Source of the DNA: Candidatus Fervidifonticultor secundus
Lineage (GTDB): Bacteria > Sysuimicrobiota > Sysuimicrobiia > Sysuimicrobiales > Humicultoraceae
Length of the DNA stretch: 64,000 bases
Assembly (NCBI GenBank): GCA_031459385.1
Contig: JAVKIP010000006.1
Span: 101,715-165,714 of the forward strand
Direction of reading: 5' to 3'
Shown: piece after piece, positions 27,685 to 37,088 of the stretch
Position numbering within the stretch: position 1 is the first letter of the stretch
Layout of the letters: each line of letters opens with the position of its first letter
Notes under the pieces: generated by a model
The model's database searches: none
Seen by the model: the letters and a program-made list of their open reading frames with translations, nothing else
What the model was told of the DNA's origin: nothing
Made by a program: the position numbers and the translations under genes

Positions 27685-28164
27685 CTACGGCCCGCGTCCC
27701 TCCTGCGGCCAGCGCGCAGTCACCGTGGTGTGCACGCCGCCGCGGACGTTGTAGTCCAGCACAAGCTCCATCCACACCGGCTGGGTCGCGGCCACCAGGT
27801 CCTGCAGGATACGGTTGGCGGCGTGCTCCTGGTAGATCCCGACGGTGCGGTAGGAGTGCAGGTAGTACTTGAAGGACTTCAGCTCGAGCACGCGCTCGCG
27901 CGGCAGGTAGCGGACGCGCAGCCGGCCGAAGTCGGGCAACCCCGACCAGGGGCAGACGGCGGTGAACTCGTCGGTCGAGATCTCCACAACCGCGGTGCTG
28001 CCCGGATACTCGTAGGGGAACGTCTCCAGGCGCGCGGCGTCGATGCGGTCGTAGCCCTCGACGTCCCAGCGTCGCTCGGCACGCACGCTCACCGCCGCGG
28101 TCGGTCCCGGGGCTGCCGCGATTGGCTCCGATGCCCTGGCCCCTGCGCCCGCAGGACGCTGCAT
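27685..28164 (-). CDS. queF: NADPH-dependent preQ0 reductase (type I)
   Basis: EFTAVCPWSGLPDF, ELKSFKYYL QueF motif, YQEH, NVRGG. Confidence 0.92.
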   Translation of the reverse strand: MQRPAGAGARASEPIAAAPGPTAAVSVRAERRWDVEGYDRIDAARLETFPYEYPGSTAVVEISTDEFTAVCPWSGLPDFGRLRVRYLPRERVLELKSFKYYLHSYRTVGIYQEHAANRILQDLVAATQPVWMELVLDYNVRGGVHTTVTARWPQEGRGP

Positions 28165-28422
28165 GGCCCATCCTCCCTCCTGCGTTCTCGCCTGCATCAT
28201 ACGCAGACGCGCACGGGGCGGCAACCGCCGCCGTGCCATGTCGGCCTGCCGTCTTGCGCCCCACGGCCGGGCGACTCGCCCGCGCGCCGGCCGGCGGCGC
28301 GGCGCCGGCATCGCCCGCCCCGCAAAGGCCCGCGCCCCTTTGGCGCCGAACTCTCCTGTGAGCGGAGTCGCGTGCTCCCGCCGGAATTCCACCACCTGCT
28401 CTCTTACCTGGAGCGTGATGCG

Positions 28423-30675
28423 ATGGCGCTGGCAATCGGCAAGCCCCACAAGCGCGCAGACGGCCTAGAGAAGGTCACGGGTGCCATGCGGTACACGGAA
28501 GACCTCCGGCTGCCAGGCATGCTGCACGCGCGCCTGCTGACCAGTCCCCACCCGCGCGCCCGGATCGTCGAGGTCCCGCGGGAGCTGGCGCTCGCGGTTC
28601 CCGGGGTCGTCGCGGTGATCACCGCTGCCGACCTGGCCCGGATCGGCCAGATCTGCCGGCGCGAGCTGGCCGACGGGCGTACGGCGTTCACCGGGCAGCC
28701 GGTGGCGGTCGTGGTCGCCGAGACCGAGGCCGCGGCAGCCGACGGGCTGGAGGCGCTGCGCGCAGCCGCGCGCTTCGAACCGCTGCCGGCGGTGCTCGCG
28801 ATCGACGAGGCCATGGCGGCGGGCGCCCCGCTCGTGCAGGAGACCGTGCAGTTCGAGGAAGGCGACGCGCAGGCCCACGCCACGGTCGAGGTCCAAGAGC
28901 AGCATGCCGCCACCCCGGGGAACGTGACCAACCGGGTGGCCTTCGCCCGGGGAGACGTCGCGGCCGGCCTCGCGCAAGCCGAGGTCGTGGTCACGCGCAC
29001 GTACACCACCTCACGCATCCACCAGGCATACATCGAGCCCCACGCGACCGTCGCCACCGTCGACCCCGTCACCGGCGAGGTGACGCTCTACACCGCCACC
29101 CAGGGGCAGTTCTACGTGCGGCGCGAGACGGCGAGAATCCTCGGGCTGCCCGAGGCGCAGGTCCGCGTGGTACCGATGCACGTCGGCGGCGGCTTCGGCG
29201 GGAAGATCCTGCTGCACCAGCCGCTGGTTGCGGCCGTGGCCATGCTGCTGCGCCGGCCCGTGCGCCTGGTCCTCACGCGCATGGAAGACTTCCTCACCAC
29301 GAACCCCGCCCCGGCCACGGTGATCGACCTGACGCTCGGCGCCCAGCGCGACGGCACGCTGGTGGCGCTGCGCGGCCGGATGCTGATGGACGCCGGTGCG
29401 AAGCCCGGCGCGCCGCTGGCAACGGGCGGCATCCTGCTGGGAGGCTACTATCGAGTCCCGCACCTGGAGATCGAGTGCCTGGAGGTGCTCACCAACAAGC
29501 CGCCGGTAGGCGCATACCGCGCGCCGGCCGCGCCCCAGGCCACGTTCGCCATCGAGTCGGCGATGGACGAGCTGGCCGGGCGCCTGGGAATGGATCCGGT
29601 CGCGCTGCGCCTGAAGAACGCCTCGCGGCCCGGCGACCCGATGCCCAACGGCCGGCCGTGGGCGAAGATGGGCCTGCGGGAGGTGCTCGAGGCGCTCGAC
29701 GCCCACCCCCTGCGCCGCCAGCCCAGGGAACCCGGCGAGGGGATCGGCGTCGCCGTCGGCGGCTGGCTCGGGGGTATCGAGTCGGCCTCGGCCTGCGTCC
29801 GCGCCAACACCGACGGCACCTTCGAGGTCGTCGTCGGCGCCGTGGACATCACCGGCACCCTGACGACCATGGGCTTGATTGCCGCCGAGGTACTGGGCCT
29901 GCCGCCTGAGAAGGTCCGCGTGCGCACCGCCGACACCAGCCAGGCCCCGTACTCCGGCATGTCCGGCGGCAGCAAGATCACCTACACCGTCGGCACTGCC
30001 GTGCGCGCCGCGGCCGAAGACGCCCGGCGCCAGATGCTCCAGATCGCGGCCAGCCACCTGGAGGCCAGAGTGGAGGACCTGGAGCTGCGCGACGGCCACG
30101 TCGTCGTCAGGGGGACCCCCACCGTCTCCCTGGGTCTGGCAGAGATCGCCTCGATGAGCATGCGCTTCGGCGCCCAGTACGCCCCGGTCTTCGGGGTCGG
30201 GAACACCGTGATCACCCGCCAGTCGCCGGGCTTCGCCGGCCACCTGGTCCGGGTACGGGTCGACCGCGAGACCGGTGAGGTGCGGATCACAGACTACGTG
30301 GTGGTCCAGGACGTGGGCCGCGCCCTCAATCCCCCGGCGGTCGAGGGGCAGATGATCGGCGGCGTGGCCCAGGGCATCGGCTGGGGGCTGTTGGAGCGGG
30401 TGGTCTACGACGGGGCCGGGGGCCTGCTCACGGCGACCTTCGCCGACTACCCCCTGCCCCGGGCGTCCGACGTGCCCCGGGTGGAGACCGTGGTCGTCGA
30501 GGTGCCCTCCGAGGACGGGCCGTTTGGGGCCAAGGGGGTGGGCGAGCCCCCGGTGGTCCCGGCGGCCGCGGCGATCGCCAACGCCATTGCCGATGCTGCG
30601 GGGGTGAGGATCGCATCCCTTCCCGCAGGCGCGGGGGCCGTGGCGCGCCTGTTTGCGGATCGTGCCCGGACCTGA
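28423..30675 (+). CDS. Xanthine dehydrogenase family molybdopterin-binding large subunit
   Basis: KVTG..YTEDL, VGGGFGGK, AYRAPAAP, QDVGRALNP..VEGQ..GG, GPFGAKGVGE. Confidence 0.9.
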   Translation: MALAIGKPHKRADGLEKVTGAMRYTEDLRLPGMLHARLLTSPHPRARIVEVPRELALAVPGVVAVITAADLARIGQICRRELADGRTAFTGQPVAVVVAETEAAAADGLEALRAAARFEPLPAVLAIDEAMAAGAPLVQETVQFEEGDAQAHATVEVQEQHAATPGNVTNRVAFARGDVAAGLAQAEVVVTRTYTTSRIHQAYIEPHATVATVDPVTGEVTLYTATQGQFYVRRETARILGLPEAQVRVVPMHVGGGFGGKILLHQPLVAAVAMLLRRPVRLVLTRMEDFLTTNPAPATVIDLTLGAQRDGTLVALRGRMLMDAGAKPGAPLATGGILLGGYYRVPHLEIECLEVLTNKPPVGAYRAPAAPQATFAIESAMDELAGRLGMDPVALRLKNASRPGDPMPNGRPWAKMGLREVLEALDAHPLRRQPREPGEGIGVAVGGWLGGIESASACVRANTDGTFEVVVGAVDITGTLTTMGLIAAEVLGLPPEKVRVRTADTSQAPYSGMSGGSKITYTVGTAVRAAAEDARRQMLQIAASHLEARVEDLELRDGHVVVRGTPTVSLGLAEIASMSMRFGAQYAPVFGVGNTVITRQSPGFAGHLVRVRVDRETGEVRITDYVVVQDVGRALNPPAVEGQMIGGVAQGIGWGLLERVVYDGAGGLLTATFADYPLPRASDVPRVETVVVEVPSEDGPFGAKGVGEPPVVPAAAAIANAIADAAGVRIASLPAGAGAVARLFADRART

Positions 30676-30822
30676 GCAAGCCGCTGCGTACGGAAGGGAA
30701 TCGCGCGAACGGGGGCGAAGCAATTGTGCTAAACCGAGTGGCCTCGGGGAGGGCGCGGCGGCCGGAAAACCCAGGATACCGCTGCCCGCCCACCCCAATC
30801 TAGCGCCGGGGAGGCTTTGTCT

Positions 30823-31509
30823 ATGGGCAGATGGTTCTCACTGGTCGTGGCGCTGGTGCTTGTCGGCGCATCGGTGGTGCCCGCATCCGCTGCGACGAAC
30901 ATTCAGCTTCGTTTCTGGCCGACGAGCGATTCGACGATCGTCGGGGTCACGTGGAACTCAGCAGTGTGGGGCGTGACGCTCCGGCGCGACTTCGGGACGA
31001 GCTGGGCTGCCAGTTTCAGCTTCGACCACGGGGGGATCACGAACTGGACGGGCGCGCCGCTCGGCACCGACTCCTATAACCGCTTCTGGAGCGTGAACCT
31101 GCACCGGACGTACCAGACCGAGCGCGCGATGTACAGCGTCTACGCCGGGTATGGCGGGACAGCGTGGGAGGCGCCCAGTTTCCCCGCACACGTCCGCCAG
31201 ACGGCGTTTCGCCTGGGCGCCGACGTCACCTTCAGCCTGCGCGAGCGGTGGTTTCTGGTCGGGGACGTCGGCTACACGCCCGGGCAGGGCGCCGAAGCGT
31301 TGAACTATGCCGTAGGCGGCACAGTCAGCGGCTCGGCAACCCTTCTCGACTACCGCGTGGGCATCGCTTACAGGATCAACAACTGGGGCCTCGAGGTAGG
31401 GTACCGAGGCATCGACTGGAATCTGTCCGCGGCGATGTGCGGCGGTATCACGCCCTGCTTCCTGCGCTGGGGCGGCGTCTACGTGGGGGCGAACTTCACC
31501 ACCCCGTAA
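30823..31509 (+). CDS. Putative outer-membrane beta-barrel protein
   Basis: Signal peptide ending ASA-A; aromatic-rich alternating strands (WGLEVGYRGIDW, GVYVGANF). Confidence 0.6.
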   Translation: MGRWFSLVVALVLVGASVVPASAATNIQLRFWPTSDSTIVGVTWNSAVWGVTLRRDFGTSWAASFSFDHGGITNWTGAPLGTDSYNRFWSVNLHRTYQTERAMYSVYAGYGGTAWEAPSFPAHVRQTAFRLGADVTFSLRERWFLVGDVGYTPGQGAEALNYAVGGTVSGSATLLDYRVGIAYRINNWGLEVGYRGIDWNLSAAMCGGITPCFLRWGGVYVGANFTTP

Positions 31510-31678
31510 GGCCGCGTGGGCGGCGCGCACGCGAGGGGCCGGGAGGTATTCCCGGCTCCTCGGCATTTTGCGCGTGCCGAGGCGTGCTGCCCCTGCACGG
31601 ACACGCCACCTTCCTGGCCACGGCGGCCGCTGGCGTCGTGCACCTGACCGGAGTATGATTTCTGGTGGAACGTCGCGC

Positions 31679-31753
31679 GGGGACGTAGCTCAGCGGGAGA
31701 GCACCTGGTTTGCAACCAGGGGGTCGGGGGTTCGAATCCCCTCGTCTCCACCA
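31679..31753 (+). tRNA. tRNA-Ala (anticodon TGC)
   Basis: Acceptor stem GGGGACG/CGTCTCC with G3:U70, anticodon arm CCTGG-TTTGCAA-CCAGG, GGTTCGAATCC, encoded CCA; TATGAT at 31654-31659. Confidence 0.98.
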
Positions 31754-31871
31754 GGCCCCGCGCCGGGGCTCGTGTCTGGCGGCCACGACGATCCCGCTGG
31801 CGCCATTCTTCAACGCGGTCGGCAGGGTTGCCGCGTGTTGAGAGCTTCCCCGCGCACCGCCGCTCTGGGGG

Positions 31872-32057
31872 TCACCGCTGCCCCTCCCGCATCGTCCGCT
31901 GGATCTCCGCCGCCCGCGCCGGTGACTGTCGCGCGATCTTCTCCAGCAGCTTCTGCCGTTCGTCCGCGGTCCGGGCCGCGCGCAGCCGCGCCAGCAGCTT
32001 CCTGATCTTCTTGCGCCGGTGGCGCCGGCGGCGCAGCTCGCGATCACGCTCACGCAT
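31872..32057 (-). CDS. Small, very basic protein (DUF6800-like)
   Basis: GAGGAG RBS; MRERDRELRRRRHRRKKIRKLLARL...KIARQSP. Confidence 0.65.
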   Translation of the reverse strand: MRERDRELRRRRHRRKKIRKLLARLRAARTADERQKLLEKIARQSPARAAEIQRTMREGQR

Positions 32058-34542
32058 AGGACTCCTCGGTAAACGTTGTGTCATGGAGGTACGCCCGGGC
32101 CTCACGGATCGCCCGCCACAGTCGCTCGGGAGTGACGGGCATGCGGTCGAGCCGCACCGCCAGCGGCCGCAGGGCGTCTTCGATGGCACTACACAGCACA
32201 GCCGCCACCGGAATCGTCCCACCTTCGCCGGTACCCTTCACTCCTTCGGGGTTAGGGGCCGGCGTCTCCATGTGGATCACCTCAACCCGCGGTACCTCGC
32301 CCGCGGTCGGCGTCAGGTAGTCCAGATACGTCGTCGCCCGGGGCTGGCCGCCCTCATCGTACCAGGCCTCTTCGAGCAGGGCAGCGCCCATCCCCTGTGC
32401 CACGGCGCCGCGCACCTGGCCGTCGACGATCATAGGGTTCAGGACGCGGCCGCAGTCGTGCACCACGACGTAGCGGAGCACCCGCACCCGCGCGGTGTCC
32501 AGGTCCACCTCGACCACCGCGGCGTGCGCGCCGTAGGCGTAGGTGAGGTCGGGCGGCCGGTAGTACTCGGTCTCCTGCAGACCGGGCTCGCGATCCGCCG
32601 CCGCAAGCGCCGGCGCGGCGCGGCCCGAGACGTTCGGGTAGTCGGAAAGCAGCACCAGGTCGCCCAGCGCGACCGCACGCGTCGGCGTGCCCCGCACGCG
32701 CACCATGCCCTCGACGACCTCGAGATCCTCACAAGCGGCCTCGAGCAGCACTGCCGCCCGCTCCCGCGCGCGCCGTGCCAGGCGCGCGGCGGCCACCGAC
32801 ACGGCGTTGCCCGCAGCCACCGCCGTGCGGCTAGCCCAGGTCCCGACGCCCCGGGCGATGCTCGCGGTGTCGCCCAGCACAACCGTGATCCGCTCGAGCG
32901 GCACGCCCAGTCGCTCGGCGCAGATCTGCGCCAGCGCGGTCTCGATGCCCTGCCCTTGGCTCGCCGCGCCCGAGTAGACGGCCACGTGCCCGCGGCCGTC
33001 CACCTCGATCCTGGCGCCCTCGAACGGCCCGATGGCCGCCATCTCGATGTACGGGCAGACTGCCACGCCCACGGCGCGGCGGGCCGCGCCGGGCGCTCCC
33101 TGCTCTGCGCGCTCGGTCTCGCGGTCCGGCGAGGCCGCGGCCCGCTGTTGTGCGCGCACGGCCTCGTACCCGATGGTGGCCGCCGCCCGCTCCAGCGCCG
33201 CGGGATAGTCGCCGCCGTCGTAGACCATCATGCGACCATCGCGCGCCGGAATACCGGTGTCATAGGGCTGCTCCGCCGGCGTGATTAGGTTGCGGCGGCG
33301 GATCTCCAGGCGGTCCAGGCCGAGCCGGTCGGCCGCCAGGTCGAGCAGCCGCTCCATCACGAACGACGCCTGCGGCCGCCCGGCCCCGCGGTAGGGTGCC
33401 ATGCCCGGCTTGTTGGTGTACACGCTCAGCAGCTCGTACCGGTAGTGCGGGACGCGGTACGGACCGGGAATGGTGGTGATCGTGCTGTATGGCACGACGA
33501 TGCCGAACGGCGCGTAGGCGCCCGTATCGTTCCAGCACCGGCCGCGGACGCCCAGGATGACTCCGTCGCGCGTGGCGGCCAGCTCCGCCTGGTGCACCTG
33601 CTCCCGTTCCTGGTACGTTGTCAGCAGGTCTTCCCGGCGGTCGGCGATCCACGCGACGGGCCGGCCCAGCTGCCGGCTGAGGTAGCATGCCAGGAACTCC
33701 TCGGGGTAGAAGCGGTTCTTGCCGCCGAAACCGCCACCGACGTCGGGCGCGACCACGCGGATCTGCCCCTCGGACAGCCGCAGCAGGTGCGCCAGCAGGC
33801 GACGCACCATGTGCACCGACTGCGTCGCGTCGTAGACCGTCAGGCGTCCGGCTGCGGCGTCCCAGTCGGCGATGAGGCCGCGGGGCTCGATGGCCTGCGG
33901 CGAGACCCGGCCGATCGCGAAGGTCCCGGCGACCACCACCTCGGCGCGCGCGAACGCCTCGTCGGCCGTACCCTTCTCTACCACCAGGCGCGCAGCCAGG
34001 TTGGTCCCGTGCGCCTCGTGGAGCACGGGAGCGCCGGGCTCCAGCGCGCTGCGGGCGTCGGTGACCGCCGGCAGCGGCTCGTACTCGACCCGCATCGCCT
34101 CCAGGGCGTCCTCGGCCAGATACCGGCTGTCGGCCACGATCGCGGCCACCGGCTCGCCGGCGTACCGGACCTTGCCGCGCGCCAGCGGCAGCGGGGTGAA
34201 CGCGACCAGCGCCGGGTGGGGCACGTACAGCGGGATCGGCTGCAGGTCGTCGCCCAGATCGGCGGCGCTGACCGCCGCGTGCACGCCGGGCAGGGCGCGG
34301 GCACCCGCTGCGTCCACGTGCACGATCCGCGCGTGGGCATGCGGACTGCGCAGCACCGCCAGGTGGAGCGTCCCCGGCCGCTGCAGGTCGGCCACGAATC
34401 GGCCCGCCCCCCGCACCAGGCGCTCGTCCTCGCGCCGGCGGAGCGGCCTGCCGACATAGCGCCCGGCGGAGGACGCCGTCACCGCGTCCGCCCCGAGGTC
34501 CCGTGCGCCCGCCGGGAGCACCTCATCCGTCACCTTTCCCAC
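32050..34542 (-). CDS. Molybdenum hydroxylase large subunit (CoxL form II-like)
   Basis: RREDERLVRG, VGGGFGGK, PYRGAGRP active-site loop (not the form I AYxCSFR), HDCGRVLNP, GVKGTGEGG. Confidence 0.9.
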   Translation of the reverse strand: MGKVTDEVLPAGARDLGADAVTASSAGRYVGRPLRRREDERLVRGAGRFVADLQRPGTLHLAVLRSPHAHARIVHVDAAGARALPGVHAAVSAADLGDDLQPIPLYVPHPALVAFTPLPLARGKVRYAGEPVAAIVADSRYLAEDALEAMRVEYEPLPAVTDARSALEPGAPVLHEAHGTNLAARLVVEKGTADEAFARAEVVVAGTFAIGRVSPQAIEPRGLIADWDAAAGRLTVYDATQSVHMVRRLLAHLLRLSEGQIRVVAPDVGGGFGGKNRFYPEEFLACYLSRQLGRPVAWIADRREDLLTTYQEREQVHQAELAATRDGVILGVRGRCWNDTGAYAPFGIVVPYSTITTIPGPYRVPHYRYELLSVYTNKPGMAPYRGAGRPQASFVMERLLDLAADRLGLDRLEIRRRNLITPAEQPYDTGIPARDGRMMVYDGGDYPAALERAAATIGYEAVRAQQRAAASPDRETERAEQGAPGAARRAVGVAVCPYIEMAAIGPFEGARIEVDGRGHVAVYSGAASQGQGIETALAQICAERLGVPLERITVVLGDTASIARGVGTWASRTAVAAGNAVSVAAARLARRARERAAVLLEAACEDLEVVEGMVRVRGTPTRAVALGDLVLLSDYPNVSGRAAPALAAADREPGLQETEYYRPPDLTYAYGAHAAVVEVDLDTARVRVLRYVVVHDCGRVLNPMIVDGQVRGAVAQGMGAALLEEAWYDEGGQPRATTYLDYLTPTAGEVPRVEVIHMETPAPNPEGVKGTGEGGTIPVAAVLCSAIEDALRPLAVRLDRMPVTPERLWRAIREARAYLHDTTFTEESYA

Positions 34543-35542
34543 CGGGCCGCGGCGCGGGCGACCCGATGCCGAAGAGCGCGGCCGCGTTCTCCCCCGCGAT
34601 CGCCCGTCTGGCGGCGGCGGGAAGGTTCGCGGCCTCGAGGACGCGCAGCGGCTCGGGGTCGGCCATGCCGAACGGGAAGTCGCTGCCCAGCAGCACGCGG
34701 TCGGCGCCGACCTGCGCGACGAGAAACTGCAGCGCCGCCGCGCCGTGCGTCAGCGAGTCGTACCAGAACGCCCGCAGGAAGCCCTCGGGCGGCGAGTCGA
34801 GATGCGCGCGCGCCTCCTCGCGGGCATGGTAGGCACGCTGCAGCCGGCCGATCTGGTAGGGCAGGAAGCCCCCGCCGTGGACCAGGACGACCCGCAGCCC
34901 AGGAAAGCGCCGCAGCACCCCGCCGAAGATCAACCCCGCCGCGGCCAGCGTGGTCTCCATCGGATAGCCGATGACGTTGTGCAGGTAGTACCGGTCGAAC
35001 CGCTCCACCGGCGGCACGGCGAACGGGTGGAGCACGACCGGCACAGCGAGCGCCTGCGCCGCCGCCCAGAAAGGATCGAGCGCCAGCTCGCTCAGGGCGC
35101 GCCCGCCCACGTGCGTGTCGATCATCGCACCCCGCAGGCCCAGGTCACGCACGGCAGAGTGCAGTTCGGCCGCCGCCGCATCGGGCGCCTGCAGGGGCAC
35201 GGTCGCCAGTCCCCACAGATCCGTCTCGCCGTCCAGGTCGGCCGCGAGGCTTTCGTTCACCAGCCGGCTCAGGGCGGCACCCTGCTCCGGCGGGAGGCTG
35301 TAGCCCTCCAGGTCCATGACCGGACCCACCACCAGGCCGTCGAGGCCGTGGCGGGCCCGGTGCGCACGCAGCGCCGCCAGGTCGTACAGCGTCGGCAGGA
35401 CCGGCCGCGGAGGCGGCTCGCCGGGGAACTGCACGCGCACCCCGCCCGCGTCGCTGAACGCGACGCCGTAGCGCGACGGATCGCGGCGCAGCGCGGCGAA
35501 CACCCGCGGCGAGACGTAGTGCAGGTGGGCGTCGATGCGCAC
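34523..35542 (-). CDS. Amidohydrolase-2 family protein (ACMSD/decarboxylase-like)
   Basis: IDAHLH, LATVPLQ, VVLHP, HGGGFLPY, RVLLGSDFPF. Confidence 0.88.
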   Translation of the reverse strand: MRIDAHLHYVSPRVFAALRRDPSRYGVAFSDAGGVRVQFPGEPPPRPVLPTLYDLAALRAHRARHGLDGLVVGPVMDLEGYSLPPEQGAALSRLVNESLAADLDGETDLWGLATVPLQAPDAAAAELHSAVRDLGLRGAMIDTHVGGRALSELALDPFWAAAQALAVPVVLHPFAVPPVERFDRYYLHNVIGYPMETTLAAAGLIFGGVLRRFPGLRVVLVHGGGFLPYQIGRLQRAYHAREEARAHLDSPPEGFLRAFWYDSLTHGAAALQFLVAQVGADRVLLGSDFPFGMADPEPLRVLEAANLPAAARRAIAGENAAALFGIGSPAPRPGGKGDG

Positions 35543-35553
35543 CCCGGACCGCC

Positions 35554-36312
35554 TCACTTCCAGCGGACGACCAGCCGGTCGACCGCCAAAACGAGCTGCG
35601 AGGCGCCCACCGCCAGCAGCAGCACCGTGAGGATCACGGCGTACAGGTGCGGGATGAGGAACGTGTTCCCGTAGTAGATCAGGCGCTCGCCCAGCCCGGT
35701 GATGGCGATCAGGATCTCGCCCACCACCATGCCTTTGACCGCCTGCAGCGCCCCGAGCCGGAGCCCGACCATAGTGGAAGGCAGGGCCGCCCACAGGGCG
35801 ACCTTCCGGAAGATCGTCCACTCGGTGGCGCCGAAGGCGCGCGCCATCTCCACGAGCGACCGGTCCAGCAGCTGCGTGCCCGCCCGGGCGTTGACCACGA
35901 TGATGAACACGCTGAACAGGAAGACCGTGGCGGTCACCACGGTCTCGCGGATGCCGAAGATGACGATCAGCACGGGCACCAGTGCCGAGAGCGGCGCCGA
36001 CATCAGCGTGTTCACGTAGAGGTCGGCCACGTACTGCACCGGGCGCGACCACCCCATGGCCAGGCCCAGGGGCACACCCACGGTCACGGCCAGGCCATAA
36101 CCGGTGACCAGCGCGTCCAGGCTGGTGCTAGCCGCCCTCCACAGGTGCCCGGAGGCGGCGTCGTCGACCCAGGCGCGGGCCACGGCGTCCAGCGGCGGGA
36201 CGAAGAGCGAGACCTCCAGGCGGCCGACGACCTCCCAGAGGGCGAGCAGCGGGAGGAGCATGGCCAGGGTGGCCGCCCACTCCGGGACGCGCCGCCCGCC
36301 CGGGGGCCTCAC
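35554..36312 (-). CDS. NitT/TauT family ABC permease
   Basis: LVEMARAFGA EAA-like loop; hydrophobic helices. Confidence 0.88.
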   Translation of the reverse strand: MRPPGGRRVPEWAATLAMLLPLLALWEVVGRLEVSLFVPPLDAVARAWVDDAASGHLWRAASTSLDALVTGYGLAVTVGVPLGLAMGWSRPVQYVADLYVNTLMSAPLSALVPVLIVIFGIRETVVTATVFLFSVFIIVVNARAGTQLLDRSLVEMARAFGATEWTIFRKVALWAALPSTMVGLRLGALQAVKGMVVGEILIAITGLGERLIYYGNTFLIPHLYAVILTVLLLAVGASQLVLAVDRLVVRWK

Positions 36313-37088
36313 TGCAGCTCCTTCAGGATCGCCCACAGCCGTTCCACCAGGTCGGTGAACTCGGCGCGCCGACGCACGGCGTCGGTGCGGGGGCGCGGCA
36401 ACGGCACGTCCAGCGCTTCGAGCACGCGGCCCGGCCGCGCCGACATGACGTGCACGCGGTCCGAAAGGTACACGGCCTCCTCCATGCTGTGGGTGACGAA
36501 GACCACCGTGGTCCCCTCGTCCGCCACCAGCCGCAGCAGGTCGTCCTGGAACAGGCGGCGGGTCTGCTCGTCCACCGAGGCAAACGGCTCGTCCATGAGC
36601 AGGATCTGCGGGCGCGTCGCCAGCGCCCGGGCCAGCCCCACGCGCTGCTGCATCCCGCCGGAGAGCTGGTGCGGGTAGTGGTGCTCGAAGCCCGCGAGCT
36701 TGACCTTGCGGATGTACGCGCGCGCCCTGGCCTCCCGCTCGTGTCGCGGGACACCCTGCAGCTCCAGCCCGAACGCGACGTTGCTCAGCACCGTGGCCCA
36801 GGGTAGCAGCGCGAAGTCCTGGAACACCAAGCTGCGGTCGCGGCCCGGGCCCGTGACGCGGCGCCCGTCGATGCGCACCTGGCCCTCGTCGGGGAAGACG
36901 AGCCCGGCCAGCATCTTCAGCAGCGTGGTCTTGCCGCACCCGCTGGGGCCGATGAGCGTGGCGAACTCCCCGGCGCGCACCGACAGCGACGCGTCCGCCA
37001 GCGCCGCAACGCTGCCGAACGCCTTGCGTACCCCCTCCACCTCGATCCGGGTGGGGGCCCGCTGCGCGGTGATGGCGTCGGCCGTCAT
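36309..37088 (-). CDS. NitT/TauT family ABC ATP-binding protein
   Basis: GPSGCGKTT, LSGGMQQR, LLMDEPF. Confidence 0.92.
   Translation of the reverse strand: MTADAITAQRAPTRIEVEGVRKAFGSVAALADASLSVRAGEFATLIGPSGCGKTTLLKMLAGLVFPDEGQVRIDGRRVTGPGRDRSLVFQDFALLPWATVLSNVAFGLELQGVPRHEREARARAYIRKVKLAGFEHHYPHQLSGGMQQRVGLARALATRPQILLMDEPFASVDEQTRRLFQDDLLRLVADEGTTVVFVTHSMEEAVYLSDRVHVMSARPGRVLEALDVPLPRPRTDAVRRRAEFTDLVERLWAILKELQ

Noticed and set aside
28165..28422. preQ1 riboswitch before queF, or Moco riboswitch before the Mo enzyme
   Set aside because: No recognisable consensus; the -10 box leaves only a short queF leader.
30691..30730. Cobalamin riboswitch (AAGGGAA...)
   Set aside because: Lacks the CCG..ACTGT core and B12 box; better explained as the sigma-H-like promoter.
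32050..34542. True aerobic CO dehydrogenase
   Set aside because: The active-site loop is YRGAGR, not the form I AYxCSFR, and no coxMS or accessory genes are present.
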